A program made the translations under genes and the position numbers. From Dehalococcoidia bacterium (GTDB lineage Bacteria > Chloroflexota > Dehalococcoidia > SM23-28-2 > HRBIN24): DNA of 64,000 nucleotides. Position 1 is the stretch's first letter, and every line of letters starts with the position of its first letter. The stretch covers positions 4,381-68,380 of the forward strand of contig DAOTWZ010000034.1 in the NCBI GenBank assembly GCA_034435615.1, in the 5' to 3' direction. The notes beneath the pieces were generated by a model. The model saw only the letters and a program-made list of their open reading frames with translations. It ran no database searches and was not told where the DNA came from. Of this stretch, positions 28,542-37,259 are shown one piece after another.

Positions 28542-28623
28542 GGGTTCCGCTCCTTACGTCCTGGTGCCATTAGTAATCTCGCGCACCGGCGGTGTCCCGT
28601 CAACGGCTTCGTTCCTCGCATCA

Positions 28624-29523
28624 CTAAGTCGCCAGGGCGTCCACGGCTATGGCCAGGAAGAGGAGGGCCAGGTATAGGTTGGACCAGTGGAAGAGGAGGA
28701 TAGCCCGCCGGACGGTGGGCCGGAGCCAGAGCCAGCCCGCCTGGCCCAGGAGGACCAGCCCCAGCAGGGCCGCCGCTGCCAGGTAGAGGGGCCCCGCCTG
28801 GCTCACCGTGGGCAGGATGAGGCTCAGGGCCACCGTCCCCACGCCGTGAAAGAATATCTGCCGCCGCGTCTCGTCTTCTCCCATGACCACCGGCAGCATG
28901 GGCACCCCCGCCCGCTCGTAGTCGCGGCGGTAGTTCAGGGAGAGGGCCCAGAAGTGGACGGGCGTCCAGAGGAAGACGATGCCGAAAAGGAGGAGGGCCG
29001 CCGGCTCCAGCCGGCCCGTCACCGCCACCCAGCCGATGAGGGGGGGCATGGCCCCCGCCGCCCCGCCGATGACGATGTTCAGGGGCGTCGTCCGCTTGAG
29101 GGTGAGGGTGTAGACCAGGACGTAGAAGGCATAGGCGCCCAGGGTGAGGACGGCCGCCAGGAGGCCCACGAAGGCCTCCATCACCAGGAAGCCCGCCGCC
29201 CCCAGCGCCAGGCCGAAGACCAGGGCCCGGTCCGGCTCCACCTGGCCCGCCGGGATGGGCCGTCCCCGCGTCCGCAGCATCACCGTGTCGATATCGCGGT
29301 CGAAGAAGCAGTTGAGGGCGTTGGCGCCGCCGGCGGCCAGGGCGCCGCCGCCCAGGGTGGCCAGGACGAGCCAGGGGGACGGCCAGCCGCCCTCAGCCAG
29401 GAGCATGGCGGGCACGGTGGTGACCAGCAGCAGCACCACGATGCGGGGCTTGGTCAGGTGGAAGTAAGACCTGACCGTCCCCAGGAAGCCCCGCGTTTGG
29501 CCTCGGATAGCTGTTCCCAGCAA
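28624..29523 (-). CDS. ctaB: protoheme IX farnesyltransferase (heme O synthase)
   Basis: UbiA-superfamily CtaB/CyoE similarity. Confidence 0.9.
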   Translation of the reverse strand: MLGTAIRGQTRGFLGTVRSYFHLTKPRIVVLLLVTTVPAMLLAEGGWPSPWLVLATLGGGALAAGGANALNCFFDRDIDTVMLRTRGRPIPAGQVEPDRALVFGLALGAAGFLVMEAFVGLLAAVLTLGAYAFYVLVYTLTLKRTTPLNIVIGGAAGAMPPLIGWVAVTGRLEPAALLLFGIVFLWTPVHFWALSLNYRRDYERAGVPMLPVVMGEDETRRQIFFHGVGTVALSLILPTVSQAGPLYLAAAALLGLVLLGQAGWLWLRPTVRRAILLFHWSNLYLALLFLAIAVDALAT

Positions 29524-29524
29524 C

Positions 29525-30502
29525 TCAGTCCCCCTGACTCGCCCGGCGCTGCAGATAGAGCCAGCTCGCCGCTGTGACGAGGGCGGCCCAGATGGCGGAC
29601 GCCAGCGCCACGTGGGCCACGCGGGCCGCCGTCGGCAATTGTAGCCATATGTTGCTGGCCCCTACCAGCGTCTGGGCGATGTAAAACGTCACTGTCACCG
29701 CTGCCAGGGCCTGCAGGGGGCGTCGCCCCGTCCACCAGGCGCGGGCCGCCCACCAGAGGACGAGGAGGCCTATGAAGGCCGCCAGCACGCGGTGGGCGTA
29801 GTGGAGGTGGGCCAGCCGGCCCGGCCCCGGCAACACGCCGCCGTTGAAGAGGGGCCAGTCTGGGTAGACCAGGGCGGCCCCCAGGTTGGAGACGAAGGAG
29901 CCCAGCAAGTTCAGAGAGAGGACGGCCAGAGCGGCCACCAGCGTCACCGCCAGAAGGGGCCCCGGCCGAGCGTTCGCCCGCGCCCCCGGCCCGGCGGGGG
30001 CCAGCCCCCCCAGCACCGCCACCGTGGCGAAGAGAAGGGAAGCCAGCACGGCCAGCGCCATCCCCAGATGGGCGGCCCGCAGGGCCGGCGGCAGCTCCTG
30101 CTCCACGGTAGCGCCGCCCAGCAGCGCCTGGGCCACTATCAGGGGGATGGCCAGCGTCACCCCCAGCAGCAGGGGGCCGTTGTCGCGGTGCCGCAGCCAG
30201 ACCACCAGGGTGCTCAGGGCCACCAGCAGCCCCGTCACCGAGGCCAGCAGCCGGTGCGAGTACTCGATGAGGATCTGTCGCTCCAGGGGTGGCACCAGTT
30301 GCCCGTGGCAGAGGGGCCAGTCCGGGCAGGCCAGGCTGGAGCCGGTGGCCCGCACCGTCCCCCCGAGGACGATGAGGGCGTAGACCGACAGGGCGGAGAG
30401 AGGAACGAGGTAACGGGCACTCAGCCCCCACCAGGAACGTCTGACGGTGCCTTGGGGAACGGTGCCGAAGGTGAGGGAGCGGCGTCGCGACACCTGCCTC
30501 AA
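29525..30502 (-). CDS. ctaA: heme A synthase
   Basis: COX15/CtaA family with paired Cys (CPDWPLCHG) and His ligands. The TTG start at 30502 is uncertain; GTG at 30493 is an alternative. Confidence 0.82.
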   Translation of the reverse strand: MRQVSRRRSLTFGTVPQGTVRRSWWGLSARYLVPLSALSVYALIVLGGTVRATGSSLACPDWPLCHGQLVPPLERQILIEYSHRLLASVTGLLVALSTLVVWLRHRDNGPLLLGVTLAIPLIVAQALLGGATVEQELPPALRAAHLGMALAVLASLLFATVAVLGGLAPAGPGARANARPGPLLAVTLVAALAVLSLNLLGSFVSNLGAALVYPDWPLFNGGVLPGPGRLAHLHYAHRVLAAFIGLLVLWWAARAWWTGRRPLQALAAVTVTFYIAQTLVGASNIWLQLPTAARVAHVALASAIWAALVTAASWLYLQRRASQGD

Positions 30503-30525
30503 CAGAGCACCCCGCTCGATTGTTC

Positions 30526-30554
30526 CTTATATCACCAAATTAGCGCTGGGTCAA
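30526..30554 (-). promoter_or_regulatory. sigma70-like promoter for the ctaA-ctaG operon (minus strand TTGACC-17-TATAAG)
   Basis: Read on the minus strand: plus-strand ggtcaa at 30549-30554 and cttata at 30526-30531 with a 17-nt spacer. Confidence 0.45.
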
Positions 30555-30571
30555 GGCGACGGGCGCTGGAG

Positions 30572-30600
30572 TTGCAAAGTCCCTTAGCAAAAGCTATAAT
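30572..30600 (+). promoter_or_regulatory. sigma70 consensus-like promoter for citrate synthase (TTGCAA-17-TATAAT)
   Basis: TTGCAA at 30572-30577, a 17-nt spacer and TATAAT at 30595-30600. It lies about 115 nt upstream of the ATG at 30716. Confidence 0.5.
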
Positions 30601-30715
30601 TGGGCCGCTCATCGGGTATAGCTATAGGCCCATACAGGGGATGGAGGGCCCGTGGAGGAGCGGCCTCTGCGGGTCTTCGCTTGCCCGGGGAAATCCTGAC
30701 GTAAGGAGAGGAGTC

Positions 30716-31861
30716 ATGAGCCAGCCGACCAGCGCCCCCGAGGTGGCCCGTGGCCTTAAGGGCGTCGTCCTGGACACCACCGAGACGAGCCTCATAGACG
30801 GTGAGCAGGGGAAGCTCCTCTACCACGGGTATAACATCCATGACCTGGCGGAGCGCTCCACCTTCGAGGAGGTCATCTACCTCCTCTGGCACGGACGGCT
30901 GCCCCGTCGGGCGGAGCTGGAGGAGCTGGATCGTCAGCTCAAGGAGAGCCGGGCCCTGCCCCCGGCCGTCATCGAGGTCATCCGGCTGGTGCAGAAGGCC
31001 CACCCCATGGACGTCCTGCGCACCGCTGTCTCCGCCCTGGCCGCCTTCGATCCCGACGTGGACGACCACTCTCGAGAGGCGGTCATCCGTAAATCGGTGC
31101 GGCTGACGGCACAGGTCCCCACCATCGTGGCCGCCCATGACCGTATCCGCCGCGGCCTGGAGCCGGTGGCCCCCCGGCCCGACCTGAGCCACGCCGCCAA
31201 CTTCCTCTATATGCTCCACGGCAGGGAGGCGGACGAGGAGGCGGTGCGGGCCATCGACGTGGACCTGATCCTACACGCCGAGCACGGCTCCAACGCCTCC
31301 GCCTTCGCCGCCCGCGTCACCGTCTCCACCGGCTCGGACCTGCACTCGGCCATCGTCAGCGCCATCGGCACCCTCAAGGGGCCCCTGCACGGGGGAGCGG
31401 CCGAGGCGGTGATGCGGATGGTGGAGGAGATAGGGGAGCCGGAGCGGGTGGACGAGTACATAGAGCGCACCCTGGCCGAGGGCCGGCGGGTGATGGGGAT
31501 GGGCCACCGCGTCTACAAGGTGGAGGACCCCCGCGCCCGTCACATGCGGGAGCGGGCACGCGTCCTGGGGGAGAAGCTGGGCCAGCCCAAGTGGTACCAG
31601 ATACTGGAGCGCATCGCCGAGGTGACGGCACCCATGCGGGCCCGCGGCATCTCCCTGAACGTGGACTTCTACGCCGGCGCCGTCTACTACCTGCTGGGAA
31701 TCCCGGAGGACCTCTTCATCTCCATGTTCGCCATGGGGCGGATGCCCGGCTGGTGCGCCCACGTCCTGGAGCAGATGCAGAACAACGTGCTCATCCGGCC
31801 CCTCCTCCACTACGCCGGGCCGATGGACCTGGAGTACGTGCCCCTGGAGCAGCGGGGCTAG
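30716..31861 (+). CDS. citrate synthase (type II / 2-methylcitrate synthase-like, about 380 aa)
   Basis: Citrate synthase signature GHRVYK and catalytic His/Asp context. The real start is ATG 30716 after a GGAGAGGAG RBS; the track ORF upstream is antisense to ctaA. Confidence 0.9.
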   Translation: MSQPTSAPEVARGLKGVVLDTTETSLIDGEQGKLLYHGYNIHDLAERSTFEEVIYLLWHGRLPRRAELEELDRQLKESRALPPAVIEVIRLVQKAHPMDVLRTAVSALAAFDPDVDDHSREAVIRKSVRLTAQVPTIVAAHDRIRRGLEPVAPRPDLSHAANFLYMLHGREADEEAVRAIDVDLILHAEHGSNASAFAARVTVSTGSDLHSAIVSAIGTLKGPLHGGAAEAVMRMVEEIGEPERVDEYIERTLAEGRRVMGMGHRVYKVEDPRARHMRERARVLGEKLGQPKWYQILERIAEVTAPMRARGISLNVDFYAGAVYYLLGIPEDLFISMFAMGRMPGWCAHVLEQMQNNVLIRPLLHYAGPMDLEYVPLEQRG

Positions 31862-31919
31862 GAACGGGGAGACGGAGAAGGACGAGGCCCTGATGGCGGG
31901 CCCCCCGGCGGGGCCCGCC

Positions 31920-32711
31920 TCACTCTATCTTCTCGATCCGGAAGCGGACGCGGCCCGCCGGCACCTGCACCTCCACCTCGTCACCAGGCCGGCGGTCCAG
32001 GAGGGCCCGCCCGACGGGCGAGGCGCTGGAGATGCGGCCGCCGCTGCCGCTGGCCTCGCCCGGGCCCACCACCGTGTACTTGAGGAGGCGGCCGTCCGCC
32101 AGGTTGCGCAGGTGGACGGTGCTCCCCAGCTGGACGCGCTGGCCGGACTCGTCCTGGGAGGGGCCGTCCACGATGACCGCCCGCCGGAGGATGGACTCTA
32201 TCTCCCGGATGCGCGTCTCCAGGTGGGATTGCTTCTCCCGGGCGGCCTGCAAGGGGGCGTTCTCGCGAAAGTCCTTGTCCAGGGCGGCGCGACGTATCTC
32301 CTCGGCGATGAGGGGACGCTGGGCCTTCAGGGACTCCAGCTCCGCCTGGAGTGCGGCGTAACCCTCCGCCGTCATCTCCACGGGGGCGGCAGCGGGGGCC
32401 GCCCGCCTGGGGGCCTGGGCGCGTCGCACCCGCACGTGCTGGGCCAGGGCATGGGGCACCAGCTTCCTCTCGCGGAGGTAGGACAGGAACTCCTTCAGGG
32501 CCTGGGCCCGTTGCTGGGCCGTCTCCCCGCTCCCCAGGTTCCCCGATTCCACATAGCGGGCGATGTCAGGGCCCTGGAGCTGGTTCAGGGCGGCATCGCG
32601 GCCGTACCAGTTCACGAAGTCCAGGACGACGCGGCGGGCCTCCGCCTGCCGGCCGGCCTCCAGCGATGAGAGGTAGTTTTCTGCCGCCTGGGCGAGTGTG
32701 ATGGACTCCAT
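31920..32711 (-). CDS. GreA/GreB-family transcription elongation factor homologue with about 100-aa N-terminal extension resembling integrase SAM-like/core-binding domain
   Basis: Start at ATG (plus-strand cat 32709-32711). The C-terminal 160 aa align to GreA (coiled coil plus FKBP-like domain, VVGPGEASGSGGRISSASPVGRALL); the N-terminal 100 aa are separate. Confidence 0.72.
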   Translation of the reverse strand: MESITLAQAAENYLSSLEAGRQAEARRVVLDFVNWYGRDAALNQLQGPDIARYVESGNLGSGETAQQRAQALKEFLSYLRERKLVPHALAQHVRVRRAQAPRRAAPAAAPVEMTAEGYAALQAELESLKAQRPLIAEEIRRAALDKDFRENAPLQAAREKQSHLETRIREIESILRRAVIVDGPSQDESGQRVQLGSTVHLRNLADGRLLKYTVVGPGEASGSGGRISSASPVGRALLDRRPGDEVEVQVPAGRVRFRIEKIE

Positions 32712-32753
32712 GGCAAAATTCCATTCTAGGGAAAGCGAGGAGGGACGGTCAAC

Positions 32754-33509
32754 GTGGAGGAGAGCTCGCAGGGGCAGCAACTGGAGGTGCTGCAGGCCGG
32801 GGCCGCCCGGCTGGGCGTCCCTCTGGAGGCCGGGACTTTGGAGCGCTTCGCCCTCTATTACCGCGAGCTGGCGAAGGCGGCGCCCCTGCTGGACCTCACC
32901 AGCGTCGTAGGGCCAGAGGAGGTGCAGCGACGCCATTTCCTGGAGTCCCTGGCGGTGGGCCGGGCCTTGGAGGAGCTGGGGGTGCTGGACCGGGAGCGGC
33001 CGCTGCGGGCCATCGATATAGGCGCCGGGGCGGGCTTCCCCGGCCTGCCCATACGGCTGGCCTGGCCCCGCCTCCGCCTCACCCTCCTGGAGGCGAGCCG
33101 GCGCAAGGCGGAGTTCCTGCGTCGCCTGGTGGATGCCCTGGGGCTGGGGGACGTGGAGGTGGTGTGGGCGCGGGCCGAGGAGCTGGCCCGCCAGCCAGCC
33201 CACCGTGAGTCCTACGACCTGGCCCTGGCCCGCGCTGTCGCCTCCCTGCCCGTCCTGGTGGAGCTATCGCTCCCCCTGCTGAGGGTCGGTGGCTACCTGG
33301 CGGCGCCCAAGGGGAGCCGGGCCCTCCAGGAGATGGCGGAGGCGCGGGGGGCGCTGGCCGCCTGCGGGGGCGACCAGCCCGTCGTCCATCCCCTACCACC
33401 TCTGGGCGGTGGCACCCTGCCCCTACTAGTTTTGGTGAGAAAAGCGCAGCCAACGCCAGAGCGCTACCCCCGACGGCCCGGTATACCCGAAAAGCGGCCG
33501 TTGCGGTAA
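32754..33509 (+). CDS. rsmG: 16S rRNA (guanine527-N7)-methyltransferase RsmG
   Basis: GTG start at 32754; SAM-binding IDIGAGAGFPG motif and GidB family similarity. Confidence 0.85.
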   Translation: MEESSQGQQLEVLQAGAARLGVPLEAGTLERFALYYRELAKAAPLLDLTSVVGPEEVQRRHFLESLAVGRALEELGVLDRERPLRAIDIGAGAGFPGLPIRLAWPRLRLTLLEASRRKAEFLRRLVDALGLGDVEVVWARAEELARQPAHRESYDLALARAVASLPVLVELSLPLLRVGGYLAAPKGSRALQEMAEARGALAACGGDQPVVHPLPPLGGGTLPLLVLVRKAQPTPERYPRRPGIPEKRPLR

Positions 33510-33554
33510 GCTAGACGGGGCTGACAGGCCCCAGACCCCCTGAGGAGGTGGGCT

Positions 33555-34160
33555 ATGCGTCAGCGGGGAAGCGAGGTCTACTCCGGCGGCTGGTTGAGGC
33601 GGCTCCTGCGGGGCGATATGGCGCTCTTCGAGGACGCCCAGGCCGACCCCGGCGCTACTGTGCCTGCCCTGGCGGTGGTGATAGGGGCCAGCCTCCTCTC
33701 CGGCCTGGGCTCCTGGCTCTGGTGGGTCTTCCAGACGGACGTGGGCCGGCTGGAGGTCTTCCTCAAGTCCTTCCTCATCGGCGGCCTGTTGCAGGTGCTG
33801 GTGTGGCTGGTGTGGGTGTATGTGGCCTACCAGGTGCTGACCATAGGCTTCGGCACCATGGTCAGCTTCTACGGGATGGTGCGGGCTATGGGCTTCGCCT
33901 TCGTCCCCATGGGGCTGATGGTGCTGATGGCGGTGCCCCAGTTCACCGTCCCGCTGGCGGTCATCGCCATCGTCGCCACCGTCCTCCTCAGCCAACTGGC
34001 CCTGCAGGCCGTCACGGACTACGATGCCCCCCGGGCGGCCGTGGCGAACCTCATCGGCTTCGCTGTCTTCGCTCTGGTGATGGGGGTGCTGGCCAACATA
34101 GCCGAGGTCCGCAACATCGGCGGGGTGGCGCCGGGCCTCTTCTTCTTCGACCTCAATTAG
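33555..34160 (+). CDS. Yip1-family membrane protein
   Basis: Five TM helices with a Yip1-domain-like pattern. Confidence 0.65.
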   Translation: MRQRGSEVYSGGWLRRLLRGDMALFEDAQADPGATVPALAVVIGASLLSGLGSWLWWVFQTDVGRLEVFLKSFLIGGLLQVLVWLVWVYVAYQVLTIGFGTMVSFYGMVRAMGFAFVPMGLMVLMAVPQFTVPLAVIAIVATVLLSQLALQAVTDYDAPRAAVANLIGFAVFALVMGVLANIAEVRNIGGVAPGLFFFDLN

Positions 34161-34175
34161 ACTGGCGAGGCCGAC

Positions 34176-35402
34176 ATGGGCGGCGACGGCCCGTCACGAG
34201 GACTCCAGGCTAACGTCTGGAAGCTATACCTTTACCATTTCCTCCTGAACCTGGGACTCTGGTGGCCCATCTGGGTGGTCTATCTGCAGGAAGAAAAGGG
34301 GCTCTCACTGGGTCAGGTGGGTCTGCTGGAGGTGCCCTTCTGGGCCACCATCGCTCTCTTCCAGGTGCCGGCGGCCGCCCTGGCCGACCGCTGGGGGCGC
34401 AAGCTGGCCCTCGTCCTGGGTGCCCTGGCGCTGACGGGGGCGGTGACCCTCTTCGGCCTGGCGGTGGGCTTCTGGATGCTCGTCCTCTCCTACGTGCTTT
34501 GGGCCTTCTCCTTCACCTTTACCTGGGGCCCGGACTCGGCCTTTCTCTACGATACGCTGCGCGCCCTGGGCCGGGAGGAGGACTACCAGCGGCTGTACGG
34601 ACGGGCCTGGGGGATCAATATGCTGGCCACGGTGGCCGGCACCCTGGCCGGGGCGCCCATAGCCGCTGCCACCGACCTCCAGATGCCCATTCTGCTGACC
34701 ATCGGCCTGGCCTTCGGGGCGGTGCTGGTGGCCCTGACCTTCAGGGAGCCGCTGACGGCCTTCCGTCAGGAGATGGCGGCCTCCTTCTGGGCGGTGGTGC
34801 GGGAAGGAGTGGCCATCGCTGTGGGGAGGCCAGTCTTACGCTATGCTCTCCTCTTCTCCGGGGTGGCCACGCTGGCCAGCGTGGGGCCGCTCCTCTTCGT
34901 GCAACCCTTCCTGGTGGGCCACGGGGTGACGCTGGGGCAGCTGGGCTTCTGGCAGGCGCCGGTGCGGCTGGCCGGGGCGGTAGGCTCCCTGTGGGCCTAC
35001 AAGCTGGGGACGCTGGTGGGAGAGAAAGGGGGACTGGTGGCCCTGGTGACGCTGGCGGCCGCCGCCTACGGCCTGTTGGCCCTGTGGGACTCCCTCTATG
35101 CCGTGGTTGCCTTCTTCGCCATGAACCTGGCCTTCGTGGGGGCGCGTCCCCTGGTGACGGACTATCTGAACCGGCGTCTCCTGAGCGGCCAGCGGGCGAT
35201 GGTGGTCTCCCTCACCACCTTCATATACGCCCTGGTCCGGATACCGGCCTCGCCCCTGTCCGGATATGTGGCCTCCACGGCCTCCCTGACGGTGGCCGGG
35301 GGCGTCCTGGCCTGCCTGATGTTCGGGCTGGGGCTGCTGGTGCTCTCGCTGTGGCAGCGGGCCGAGGCGAGAGAGGCGAGGCTACCTGCCCTGGCCCCCT
35401 AG
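34176..35402 (+). CDS. MFS transporter
   Basis: About 12 TM helices and an MFS signature (ALADRWGRK). Confidence 0.85.
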   Translation: MGGDGPSRGLQANVWKLYLYHFLLNLGLWWPIWVVYLQEEKGLSLGQVGLLEVPFWATIALFQVPAAALADRWGRKLALVLGALALTGAVTLFGLAVGFWMLVLSYVLWAFSFTFTWGPDSAFLYDTLRALGREEDYQRLYGRAWGINMLATVAGTLAGAPIAAATDLQMPILLTIGLAFGAVLVALTFREPLTAFRQEMAASFWAVVREGVAIAVGRPVLRYALLFSGVATLASVGPLLFVQPFLVGHGVTLGQLGFWQAPVRLAGAVGSLWAYKLGTLVGEKGGLVALVTLAAAAYGLLALWDSLYAVVAFFAMNLAFVGARPLVTDYLNRRLLSGQRAMVVSLTTFIYALVRIPASPLSGYVASTASLTVAGGVLACLMFGLGLLVLSLWQRAEAREARLPALAP

Positions 35403-36448
35403 GGGACGACCTCCACGCTCTCCCCTTCCACCACCTCGCCGATGGTCCACACGGGGAGACCGCTTTCGCCGAAGAGGACAGGGGCCTCGGCCGCTCTTTC
35501 GGCGGGGACAGCCATGAGGAGGCCGCCGGAGGTCTGGGGGTCGAAGAGGGCCAGGGCCAGCTCCTCGGGCAGGCCCTCGGGGAGGCGGACGCGGGGGCCG
35601 TAGTAGCGGCGGTTGCGCTGGCCGCCCCCCGGGAAGATGCCGCGGGCGGCGTATTCCAGCGCTCCCGGCAGGAGGGGGACGGCGGAGGCCCGGATGCGAA
35701 GGCAGGCCCCGCTCAGGGTGGCCATCTCCCAGGCATGGCCCAGGAGGCCGTAGCCGGTGATATCGGTGACAGCGCGGGCGCCCAGCCGACGGGCCAGGTG
35801 GGAGGCGTGGCGGTTGAGGGATTTCATGCTGGCCACAGCCGCTCCCAGGTGCTGAGGGTCGGCGCGGCCGGCCTTGGCAGCGGTGGTGAGGATGCCCGTA
35901 CCCAGGGGCTTGGTGAGGAGGACGACATCGCCCGGGCGGGCGCCTCCCTTGGTGAGAACCTGGTGGGGGTGGACGGTGCCCAGGACACAGAGGCCGTACT
36001 TGGGCTCGCGGTCGATGACGGTGTGGCCCCCGGCGATGACGCCGCCGGCCTCGGCCACCTTGTCGGCGCCGCCCTGAAGGATGCGGGCGACGACGTCAGG
36101 GGGGAGGTCGTCCGGGAAGGCGGCCACGTTGAGGGCCAGGGCCACCTCGCCCCCCATGGCGTAGACGTCGCTCATGGCGTTGGCGGCGGCTATGGCGCCG
36201 TAATCGTAGGGGTCGTCCACCACGGGCGCGAAGAAGTCCACCGTCAGCACTACCGCCAGCTCATCGCTCAGGCGGTAGACGGCGGCGTCGTCCGGGGAGG
36301 CCAGCCCTACCAGGAGGTCAGGGTGGCTGGCCCCCGGCCCGTGCTCCTGCAGATGGCGCAGCACCTGCGCCAGGGCTTCTGCCCCTATTTTGCCGGCTCA
36401 ACCGGCGCAGGAGGCCATCTGGGTGAGCCGCAGCTCCTCCGCTGTCAC
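35399..36448 (-). CDS. selD: selenide, water dikinase (selenophosphate synthetase) SelD; selenoprotein with in-frame UGA (Sec) at codon 17
   Basis: The same frame as track ORF 35399..36364 continues upstream through a single TGA (plus-strand tca 36398-36400) to GTG at 36448, with GAGGAGG 10 nt upstream. The N-terminus reads VTAEELRLTQMASCAG-U-AGKIGAEAL, matching the SelD RLTQ...GAG(C/U)G.KI active-site segment. Stop codons of selD and the MFS gene overlap in CTAG. Confidence 0.8.
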
Positions 36449-36524
36449 TGGCCGTTTCCTCCTCTCGTCGATAGTGTAACAGGTGCCGGGGGGCGGGAGG
36501 AGAGTAAAATGGCCCTAGCGGAGG

Positions 36525-37259
36525 ATGAGCGGCGAAGCTGCGGAGACGACGGCCCCCGCCCCCGGGGAGGCGACAGGGGCGGCGCAGCCGACCCTCGATG
36601 CGGACGGACTGGTGGCCCGCCTGGCCCCCCTCTACGGGATGCCGGCCTGGCGACCCCACGGCGACCCTCTCACGGAGCTGGTGTTGACTGTCCTCTCCCA
36701 GAACACCAGCGATGCCAACTCCGGGCGGGCCTTTATGCGACTGCGCGCCCGCTTCCCTCGCTGGGAGGAGCTCCTGACGGCCGACCTGGCCGACGTCGAG
36801 GAGGCGATAAAGATAGGAGGTCTGGGCCGCATCAAGGCGGCCCGCCTGCGCTCCCTCCTGCAGGAGGTGGTGCGAAGGTGCGGCTCCCTGGACGTCTCCT
36901 TCCTCAGGGAGCTGCCCGTGGAGGAGGCGAGGGCCTGGCTGGAGGGGCTGCCCGGCGTGGGGCCCAAGACCGCCGCCTGTGTCCTCCTCTTCGCCCTGGG
37001 GAAGCCGGCCCTGCCCGTGGACACCCACGTGCACCGCGTGGCCCAGCGGCTGGGGCTGGTGCCCAGGGGGATGGACGCCGTCCGCGCCCAGCAGCGCCTG
37101 GAGTCGATGGTGCCGCCGGAGCTGATGTACCCCGTCCACGTCCTCCTCATCCGCCACGGGCGACGGCTCTGCCGGGCGCAGCGCCCCCTCTGCCAGGACT
37201 GTCCCCTCCTGGACGCATGCCCCCACGGGAAGGGGCAACTGGGGCTGGCGGGAGCTTGA
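36525..37259 (+). CDS. nth: endonuclease III family DNA glycosylase (HhH-GPD with 4Fe-4S cluster loop)
   Basis: HhH motif LPGVGPKTAACVLLF, catalytic Asp context and a C-terminal CxxxxxxCxxCxxxxxC motif. Confidence 0.8.
   Translation: MSGEAAETTAPAPGEATGAAQPTLDADGLVARLAPLYGMPAWRPHGDPLTELVLTVLSQNTSDANSGRAFMRLRARFPRWEELLTADLADVEEAIKIGGLGRIKAARLRSLLQEVVRRCGSLDVSFLRELPVEEARAWLEGLPGVGPKTAACVLLFALGKPALPVDTHVHRVAQRLGLVPRGMDAVRAQQRLESMVPPELMYPVHVLLIRHGRRLCRAQRPLCQDCPLLDACPHGKGQLGLAGA

Noticed and set aside
35399-36364. selD starting at GTG 36364 as in the ORF track, or being a truncated pseudogene
   Set aside because: This start removes the conserved N-terminal Cys/Sec loop. The upstream sequence is in frame, SelD-like, and interrupted only by one TGA at the known Sec position, with a good RBS and GTG start. 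Selenoprotein read-through is more parsimonious.
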